From Tubiluchus corallicola (lineage: Eukaryota; Animalia; Priapulida), in the NCBI GenBank assembly GCA_030141605.1, contig JAQGDQ010001347.1, forward strand, positions 1-45,738: a DNA stretch of 45,738 nt. The letters run 5' to 3'. The position numbers and the translations under genes are program-made. A model generated the notes under the pieces. The model did no database searches. It was not told the origin of the DNA and saw only the letters and a program-made list of their open reading frames with translations. This document shows positions 12,101-20,697 of this stretch, in pieces. Positions within the stretch are counted from its first letter, which is position 1, and each line of letters opens with the position of its first letter.

Positions 12101-13662
12101 AGCCCTTCAAGCTTGGGGGGGGGCATACTTTGCATTGCTGACTTGAAAAAAAGGGGGCAGGAAGTCTAAAGTGGTTCCTCATTTGAGATAGAGGATCCCT
12201 GTTTGAAGCCTTTTATTTGAGACAAAAGGCCCTTGTTTAAGGCTCTCTATGTAGAATGTTCATGGATTAAGATAAACCCGTTTTTTTGCAAAACTTATAC
12301 TCATTTTTATACTCATCCAAGAAAAACTAATTATGCCAACAAGGAAAGCATCTATATTATTACTAGACTCTAAACTCCATAACTATAATTACCTACACCT
12401 ATATATTACCCAGACTATTCAGTAAACATAATTGATATATAATTAGTATACATTAAAAAATTTACATAATGTGCATAATGTAAAGATTTATTTAACATTT
12501 TTGTACTTATGTGCCCTACAAGTAGAGGGCTTATTGTATCATTTTCAATAAAGATTCTTAATAATAATAAAGGCCCTCTATTTGAGCCAAGAATCTCTCC
12601 TTAAAATATGGAGCCCGCATCAAATAAAATCTCTCTTTATTTGAAATATGGGCCCAGAGCTTTTCAAATGTTGCTGAAATGTATCACAAGAGGAAATGTT
12701 CGAGATGAATGCGAGCAATTTAGAGTGAGAGTCTGTCTGAGGGGACCCCAAAATTTCTTTAGCTAAGGGCCCCAACAACTCATAATCTGGCCCTGTTGTT
12801 AAGAGATACCGCTGATCATTAGCAAGTTGCAATTGAATCTCAGTACGATGTACCTCATTTTTAGCAATATCTCAAAACTTAACCAAATAATTGAAAGTCC
12901 CGCATTTGCCCAACATATTGCTTCCTTGGTTGCAGTATTCTACAGCATTTTTTCCAAAATAAAAAAAACATTTTTTGCAAACCATAGTTTGTTACGTTTC
13001 GTAGACAGCTGAAAGAAATGAGGGTAAAGTAAAATAGCTTGAATTGTACACCCGTGAAAGCATAATTGGTCCTACAGTTTGTTGTCACCTAATAGACTCA
13101 CAGCATACTTTTGTAAATGCAATACTATACAATTTCTACAATCTCTGCCGAATCGTACGTATAAACCGAAACCGAAGCAAATTTCGCTTAGAGGCAGAAA
13201 TTATTATTACAAAGGCATTTCACAGTTTAGCCTGAGCAAAGCGTTTGGTAAAAAGGAAGAGAAACACAGAATTACATACCTTAACATTTGGTATGAATGT
13301 AGCAGCCCCATATGCACGACACTCAAATGAATCATGATCACTCTCGCATATGCTACAACCTAGCAAATAACAAAAAGATAAAGAAGAGTTAGATACAATT
13401 TTGCTTCCTGTTAGTTTAGCCAATTGATCCATTAATACAGACTGACTAACAATTTCAGATAATATAATTCTGTATTTTTGACTCTGGCTATTAATTCAAA
13501 ATAGGAAAAAATGGTTACACGTAACATATTTGCTTATTATATAGAAAATCTAAGGATATGTCATTATTATCATGTCTATAATGTAATTCTAAATGTTATG
13601 ACAAATTAAAGGGGAACGTTGCATGCTTTACATTGCTCAGATTTCTTTTTGTATCGACCCAT
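518..13662 (-). CDS. PRDM10/15: PR/SET-domain zinc finger protein, PRDM10/15 family; join(13662-13632,13359-13280,11895-11731,9193-9065,6879-6774,5537-5508,4697-4546,3151-518)
   Basis: All introns GT-AG and phase-compatible; 3327 nt = 1108 aa + stop. Knuckle CSICESDHDSFEC..SRARLTLP, PR motifs TWFGP, NEEECNWLCLVRPA and GEELKVWY resemble vertebrate PRDM15/PRDM10; C-terminal zinc-finger array. Confidence 0.88.
3350..3782. mobile_element. Dispersed repeat family C (starts TTAA-RGCAAAAC), copy 1
   Basis: Colinear with 41574-42181 (e.g. gttagacgggcactag, gtacctctcagttcagatgtgttagttt); inverted fragment at ~29233-29322. Confidence 0.75.
4546..4697 (-). CDS. PRDM10/15: PRDM exon 7 (one C2H2 finger, CKYC..HIASVH)
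   Basis: ctgcag acceptor, AAG|gtaaat donor, phase 1->0, open frame DLKCGMRGRPKRQIPCKYCGVSTNGRQSLLEHIASVHG. Confidence 0.85.
5508..5537 (-). CDS. PRDM10/15: PRDM exon 6, 30-nt symmetric microexon (EDDMMKIVMK)
   Basis: ttttgtcttgcag acceptor and G|gtaagt donor, phase 1-1; not needed to keep the frame, so inferred from splice signals only. Confidence 0.6.
6419..6787. repeat. 35-bp tandem repeat, ~10.5 copies, spanning the PRDM exon 5 donor
   Basis: Unit GTTACCTG(G/T)CACTGGTAACACCCTAAGTTAAAAT(A/G). Confidence 0.95.
6774..6879 (-). CDS. PRDM10/15: PRDM exon 5 (PR domain C-terminus)
   Basis: DDIMFLTTREILAGEELKVWYSPSYAAKL; ttttcag acceptor, CAG|gtaacc donor. Confidence 0.9.
7016..7474. mobile_element. 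piggyBac-like MITE
   Basis: TTAA|CCCTTTCATACCC ... GGGACTGAAAGGG|TTAA; internal GTATCCCGTGGGATAC near-palindrome occurs twice. Confidence 0.85.
7995..8995. repeat. Two diverged copies (~7995-8245, ~8525-8995) of repeat family E
   Basis: Shared gggcgc..ttttcttcttccaat..cgtca..tcg..ttgaagaa..agcgcactgtca; third copy at 10114-10890. Confidence 0.8.
9065..9193 (-). CDS. PRDM10/15: PRDM exon 4 (PR domain core)
   Basis: ILTTDGKTSFLLKTDNEEECNWLCLVRPAKSANDRNVIAFQIK; ttgcag / gtatgc; 129 nt, phase 0-0. Confidence 0.9.
9288..9943. mobile_element. MITE family B (TIR GTGTGCTTGC), copy 1
   Basis: GTGTGCTTGC ... GCAAGCACAC termini; internal sequence shared with four other copies. Confidence 0.85.
10114..10890. 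repeat. Repeat family E copy 3 with internal ~71-bp tandem array (~10535-10800)
   Basis: Direct similarity to 7995-8995; unit agtttaagtgataacagtaaaataaac..acacactgagtggcttgttctttcctttagcacaccacaaac. Confidence 0.85.
11731..11895 (-). CDS. PRDM10/15: PRDM exon 3 (PR domain N-terminus)
   Basis: VESRARLTLP...GTWFGPLEA...FLLK; ttcag / gtaaga; 165 nt. Confidence 0.9.
12058..12795. mobile_element. Old hAT-like MITE (CAGGGCCRGATTA-type ends)
   Basis: Left TAGAGCTGGATTA, right TAATCTGGCCCTG; no intact TSD. Confidence 0.65.
13280..13359 (-). CDS. PRDM10/15: PRDM exon 2 (zinc knuckle)
   Basis: CSICESDHDSFECRAYG; gctag / gtatgt; phase 1->0. Confidence 0.85.
13632..13662 (-). CDS. PRDM10/15: PRDM first coding exon (MGRYKKKSEQ); exon starts at 13710 with 5' UTR
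   Basis: ATG at 13662 gives the phase-1 end (T|gtaaag) required by exon 2; acceptor ttctttgcag at 13711. Confidence 0.65.
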
Positions 13663-13960
13663 TTCATCAGTTCAGCCTTCATTCTTTACAACAAAACAGC
13701 AAAAACACACCTGCAAAGAAATAATTGATAATTAGGAAAACTCAAATTACGTAATAAGTAGTCCGCTTTGAAATGATTATTATTATCAGCAACGCACGAT
13801 TTTTCCTTCACAATAAAGTTTGTTTTCACTGAACCACCTGTATTGCATGGATCGAAATTGTGGCTAAAAATAAATAAGTTTAATAATTTATCTGGAATAC
13901 ACAGTAATAACCAAAATACCTACAATAGTAAATAGCAATTTTGTTTCTAGAATTGCTTAC

Positions 13961-14215
13961 GTTATGCAGCTCATGATAAAATAACTAGCAGTGATTTTAA
14001 TTAATACAACAATAAAATGAAAATAAGAGCATGAACGTCGAAGAAATCGTATCGTTCTTTAGCTCCGAAAACCGCCGCGGGTGGCGCTAGTTGCGCTGGC
14101 CCAGCTGAGCAGCTGATTGCTGGCGAGCAGCTTCGTTTTCAGACTCCCAAAGGAGTCATAAAACTTTTGGAACTCACTTGAAATTTAGCAAAAGTGCTTT
14201 TGTTCAAAAGGCGTT
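13961..14215. promoter_or_regulatory. Probable bidirectional promoter between PRDM gene and plus-strand gene
   Basis: Start codons 13662(-) and 14216(+) are ~550 bp apart; local GC/CpG-rich patch ~14030-14140; candidate minus-strand UTR donor gtaagc at 13960. Confidence 0.55.
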
Positions 14216-14407
14216 ATGTCGTACAATTATAGCTACCAAATGACATCTGGTCCTGGTGGCCAAGTTGATTTCAACATCCCTGATGATATGCCAGAGGATG
14301 CCAGAAGAATGATGGAAGATCTTTTGAGGCAAAGTGGGTTAGGAGGAGCAGGTGGACAACAGACTTTTAGTTACACCAGCAGCGGTTCAAACAAACCCAC
14401 AGTCAAG
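14216..14407 (+). CDS. First coding exon of plus-strand gene (low-complexity G/S/Q-rich N-terminus)
   Basis: ATG, protein-like composition MSYNYSYQMTSGPGGQVDFNIPDDMPEDARRMMEDLL, AAG|gtacat donor. Confidence 0.75.
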
Positions 14408-17400
14408 GTACATATTATCACTTTATTCCTGAAATGCAGTAATCAATATTAATTTGTTGTAGGCCCACTTGCCTAGCCAATAGTTAGTGTAACTTATCTA
14501 AAGGCAATTTGTATAACTATAATCTTAAATTTATTATTATAAATTTATTATGAATTTATAAATAAATTTTTTTGAGTTTATTACTGAATGTTGATTTGGA
14601 TATGGACCTAGATGTTACAGGCTAAAATTTTTGTTTACGTGATTTGTTGTTGCACCTCTGAAGATCGTCTTGTGTCGAAAATTGAATAATGAGTCATAAT
14701 AAGCAGTTTCTAATCTCTTTGGTAATTATGCAGCTTATCAGTTTACTACATGCTATTGTAAATGGAAAAGGTTGCAATCTTTGTTCCATTCTAATAGTGG
14801 CGAAGTAAAATACATGTAATAACATTCTGATAATTATTTCTATTAGTGCCGCTGGTGGTTCCTTAACTCGTTAGAAGCAGTGGCGTAATGCGGGAGCGAA
14901 GGGTGCAATTTTTCAGAATCTGTACCTTTTCAACTTTTTTAGCTCTTTAGATCAGTTGTGTGATAAAAGTTGAAAATACTTTATTTTTTATCGTATGGCC
15001 TTGGAAGAAATTTCGGGGGGGGGGGGGGTCTTTGCAAACTTTATTGGATTTTAGACACTAAATTAAAATGTGAAATCAATGACTTAAAAATTGTTTGGAA
15101 TTTGTCAGAACACCATTTTACTTGCTTGGTCTGCCTAACTTTAAAACCTGGCTACGCCCCTGCTGAGAAGTATACGTGTAATGAAAGGAACGGCCGTTTG
15201 TTTTATTTAGCTTAGTGTTCTAATTTCTGATAATTTGCATACTTTTATCAGATGTTAAAGTGTTAATATAGGATAGCACATGCTATGCATAACGTGGTTC
15301 ATGTGTGTTATGTTATCTTACTACCAAGAAGGGTAATGTTTTCAAAGCTGGTGTGTTTCCGATTCTAATGTTCGTGATTTTGGGTCTTGACTTCATCATG
15401 ACATAAACGTGACATCACATTAGTGGCTCGGTTTTTAAATAGCAACTGTTAGGCTTAAATACTGAGATTGTATCCCTTTTGTACGAATGGAAAAGATACG
15501 ATAAAAACCACGTAAGAAACGATAAAAATGATTGAATTAAAAGAACGTTTAAGTTGAATAAAAGACACTTATTTTCATGTCTGGTATTGCCACGTGTGCA
15601 AAACTGACGACCACCAAGACCAGGACGATCGTAATGGTTTCTCACTGAGATTATTGTCATGATTTGCTTGTTCAAGATCTACACTGATTTTAGAATTCTG
15701 GGGGGGGGGTGTGCTAAGAATGACAACTAAAAAAGTAGCTTAACACAATTATTAGATCACTCAATTATATGTACTTTTGATAACTTTTATGACTAGTGAC
15801 ATGCTGTATAACAAAGTTAGTTACCTTTATCATAAATAAATGACCTTCATTTCTTAAGTTCCATAGAGAAGCGGCCAGAGTGAAAAGACAGTGCTTATTT
15901 TTTCAGCTGTTCATCTAGGTGTGTGCAAAGTAAAAATAGTCAGAAACAGCACCAAAAGAGTACTAGTGTAACAGCACCCAATTTTCGTCACAAGAATTTC
16001 AATTCCGCACTAATATTAAATTTAGAAATTTGGATGGCCACTTAAATGAATTCTCTGTTGCAAAACGCCATAACCATAGTTGTTTTACCATTGTACAATG
16101 TATATTGAGCATGTTATACTTGTATTTCATGAACTTGGACTGTTTATAAAAATTTATGGTACTGACAATGTTCCCTACTTGTTTGTGTTTGTTAATGGCC
16201 TTTCTTTTCGAATGTCATTGTTCCACCTGCCTCTGGGGCGGACATTAAGACAATTGATGATCCCAGTTGTTCATACTCAAGCGAATTAACTCTTGATTTA
16301 TGATTGTCTAGCGTGCTGTAATGACAGTCATGTCCTTGTAGACCTCTGTGTATGTGGCTGAGTTTCACATTGTTTTTTTTGTGTGATGTTATGAACTCAA
16401 TGTGAAAATTGTGAAAAAACTAGGGTAATATTTTGGCCTGATATCACAGCTGGTGTTAAGCCAATTTGACAGATTTTTCCAGATTGGACACCGCGCCAAG
16501 AGGGGTCCCACACCCGCTCGAGTGGAGGACACTACGATGAATTAATGAGTGTCCAGTGTGCACGAAGTTTCTTGATACTGTAAAGGCAGTGAAACTATTC
16601 AGTCTGCCCCCCCCCCCCCACACACACACACACTCGAGCGGAGGACGCTATGATGAATTAATGAGTGTCCAGTGTGCACGAAGTTTCTTGATACTGTGAA
16701 GGCAGTGAAACTAGTCAGTCTGCCCCCACACACACGCTCGAGTGGAGGACGCTATGATGAATTAATGAGTGTCCAGTGTGCACGAAGTTTCTTGATACTG
16801 TGAAGGCAGTGAAACTATTCAGTCTGCCCCCCCCCCCCACACACACACCCTCGAGCGGAGGACGCTATGATGAATTAATGAGTGTCCAGTGTGCACGAAG
16901 TTTCTTGATACTGTGAAGGCAGTGAAACTAGTCAGTCTGCCCCCACACACACGCTCGAGTGGAGGACGCTATGATGAATTAATGAGTGTCCAGTGTGCAC
17001 GAAGTTTCTTGATACTGTAAAGGCAGTGAAACTATTCAGTCTGCCCCCCACACACACACACACACTCGAGCGGAGGACTCTATGATGAATTAATGAGTGT
17101 CCAGTGTGCACGAAGTTTCTTGATACTGTGAAGGCAGTGAAACTATTCAGTCTGCCCCCCCCCCCACACACACACCCTCGAGCGGAGGACGCTATGATGA
17201 ATTAATGAGTGTCCAGTGTGCACGAAGTTTCTTGATACTGTGAAGGCAGTGAAACTAGTCAGTCTGCCCCCACACACACGCTCGAGTGGAGGACGCTATG
17301 ATGAATTAATGAGTGTCCAGTGTGCACGAAGTTTCTTGATACTGTAAAGGCAGTGAAACTATTCAGTCTGCCCCCCCCCCCACACACACACACACTCGAG

Positions 17401-20400
17401 CGGAGGACTCTATGATGAATTAATGAGTGTCCAGTGTGCACGAAGTTTCTTGATACTGTGAAGGCAGTGAAACTATTCAGTCTGCCCCCCCCCACACACA
17501 CACCCTCGAGCGGAGGACGCTATGATGAATTAATGAGTGTCCAGTGTGCACGAAGTTTCTTGATACTGTGAAGGCAGTGAAACTAGTCAGTCTGCCCCCA
17601 CACACACGCTCGAGTGGAGGACGCTATGATGAATTAATGAGTGTCCAGTGTGCACGAAGTTTCTTGATACTGTGAAGGCAGTGAAACTACGTAGTCTGTC
17701 CTTGTACATATCTGTTTCAATGTTTTTTGCTAATCGCTTGTTTATTTGTTGTGTAAGTTAACTTTTTTTTCTTCGCCATTTGTATGAACCCTATATGTAT
17801 AAGCTAGATCGTTAGTGGATTTTACTAATTTCTAGACGATATTCAAACCCTCGGCGCAGTTTTAAACAAACCTACCGGTCAACAATTTCAAAGGAGAGAT
17901 ATTTGGTGATGCTATTTATAGAAAATGACATTGCAAAAATCATTGACTTTGAAATGAGTTTGAAATATTTCACGAATAAAAATGCCATTAAGTCTGTTTT
18001 AGAAGATCTATGCACAAATAAAATGTAAATAATTATTTTGACTTGTAATAAAACATGAAAAAATTCATATGGGCTTTCAATTTTTAATATATCATTGTGG
18101 CTAATGATGGAGCCTCAAGCCTCAGTACGTTTTGACTGTGACTGGCATACTACACGAAGCATAAACCATTAATCTTCAGCTTTTGTAGGGTAGTGGGCCC
18201 CACTAACAATTTTGCTATTGGGCGTCACAATTCATAGCACCGACCCTGCTTGCTATATGTGATTTGATACAATAAAAAACAAACATTTAACTTGCTGGCT
18301 CCCTACCTGTCGCCTTTAAGGATTGAACGAGAATGTTGTGACTATGCAAATTCATCAGAGAAGCAGCCCTGAGAAAAGCTGGGCGTGTTTTCACGTATTT
18401 GTGCTTAATTACAACAATCAAGCTAATTTTTATTACTATACAGTTGGATGAATATAATGAATTTGGTAATGTGCCGGTATCGATTGAATAAGCATAGTTA
18501 TGTGGTACCTGAGTTTCTGCGATATTGACTAACACAGTTAATTTTCAACCGACGCAAGTGGAGGCGAAATAAGAACTAATGCAACACAATGTTAAATAAA
18601 AGATAAACAAACAAAAACCAATAAAAACAAATTAAGCAATATTGCTCGGTTCGAATACAGACTTCGCAAAGAGGTCCTGGCTCAATGCTGGGTTATGCCG
18701 GCATGTAGAAAGTGTGCGTATCTTTGCATCTACCATGCTAGCTGGAACAGGTGCTTAGATGGTACACATACCTGCTTGCTGAATCGACGTAATAGTTCCT
18801 ATCGGTAACTCTGTAACTCGTATGCAATGTGTAATGGCTTCGTAATGGTCGAACCATCACGATATAGGGGTAACTCTGGTAGGGGGTGAAACTAAATGGC
18901 ACATTTCGTCTCGTGTCATTGTGGGTATAAGTTTAAGGTTTTCGAGGACGTTATATAAAAGATGTTTCCATTGTACCAAACTTTCCTTGTACCAAATTTT
19001 CTCTCTGTCGGTTTCTCTTGGTATCTGACTTTTTCACTAATAATCTTTGGTAGCACCAAATCTGTTTCGTACGTTTTTACCCATGTAGAATTTGTGTCGG
19101 TCAGCCAATTTCATAGAATCTAAAGTGAACGTCAAAGCAAAGAAATGGTACGTAACAAGAAGACATTTCTGCCTTGAAATATCGTCATTATCAGAGAACG
19201 AATTTTTGATGACAGTCCGATAATCGTCCTAGATATTTGTCCGAAGATACGGGTTTGATGGTTTTTGTTTGTTTATTCATTTAAACATTGTGTTGCATTA
19301 GTTCTTATTTCGCCTCCACTTGCGTCGGTTGAAAATTAACTGTGTTAGTCAATATCGCAGAAACTCAGGTACCACATAACTATGCTTATTCAATCGATAC
19401 CGGCACATTACCAAATTCGCCATATTCATCCAACTGTATAGTAATAAAAATTAGCTTGATTGTTGCATTTACACAAATACGTGAAAACACGCCCAGCTTT
19501 TCTCAGGGCTGCTTCTCTGATGAATTTGCATAGTCACAACATTCTCGTTCAATCCTTAAAGGCGACAGGTAGGGAGCCAGCAAGTTAAATGTTTGTTTTT
19601 TATTGTATCAAATCACATATAGCAAGCAGGGTCGGTGCTATGAATTGTGACGCCCAATAGCAAATTGTTAGTGGGGCCCTCTACCCTCAGAAGCTGACGG
19701 TTGATGTTTTATGCTTCTCGTAGTATGCCAGTGTCAGGCAAAAGTGTTGAGAGCTTGAGGCTCCATCATTAGCCACAATGTTGTACTAAAAGTTGAAAGT
19801 CGCAATATAGCAATACGTAACTGAACGAAGTACACTGAAGTTACGTATTGCTCTATAGGATAATCCAGCCTGGCCGTCAATTTGAGGGGCCCTAGACTGC
19901 AGCCTATACTAGCCTATAGGATAGTCCAGCCCTGGCCGTCAAGCTTGAGGACCCCTAGGCTGCAGCCTATACTAGCCTATAGGATAGTCCAGCCCTGGCC
20001 GTCAAGCTTGAGGACCCCTAGGCTGCAGCCTATACTAGCCTATAGGATAGTCCAGCCCTGGCCGTCAAGCTTGAGGACCCCTAGGCTGCAGCCTATACTA
20101 GCCTATAGGATAATCCAGACCTGGCAGTCAAGCTTGAGGACCCCTAGGCTGCAGCCTATACTAGCCTATAGGATAATCCAGACCTGGCAGTCAAGCTTGA
20201 GGGCCCTAGGCTGCAGCCTATATTAGCCTATAGGATAATCCAGCCCTGGCCGTCAAGCTTGAGGGGCCCTAGGCTGCAGCCTATACTAGCCTATAGGATA
20301 GTCCAGCCCTGGCCGTCAAGCTTGAGGACCCCTAGGCTGCAGCCTATATTAGCCTATAAGATTATCCGGTCCTGAGCACGTTGAAATTAAAGAAAATGCC

Positions 20401-20661
20401 CAATAATTTTTTATAAATATGAAAACTAACAACTAAAGCAGATAAGAAATAATTGAATCGAATATCCCAGTTTTTATGCGAGCAACGACGTGAATTAATT
20501 GATAAATCTCTAGATCTCATCAATTTGAACATTTGCGGTACTGTACCTGGCACTCGCCAAACTTCGGCTGCGTATTGTGAATCACGTCACGGCAGGATTG
20601 TCCAGAAACCATTATGGGATGTCTGTGCCTATATTTACGTAGTAAATAATACAGTAGCTAA

Positions 20662-20697
<36 letters not shown>

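Noticed and set aside
15570-15662. WYCHVCK-containing short frame as a missing exon
   Set aside because: No good acceptor; more like a decayed TE-associated zinc-finger remnant.
16537-16542. Selenocysteine read-through of the TGA preceding INECPVC
   Set aside because: That frame is out of phase with exon 1, the repeat copies have two consecutive TGAs, and no SECIS is evident.
17836-17905. Apparent in-frame exon (ttctag..TTG|gtgatg) for the kinase-like gene
   Set aside because: Its translation matches a decayed hAT dimerization motif contiguous with a hAT terminus; a TE fossil is the simpler explanation.
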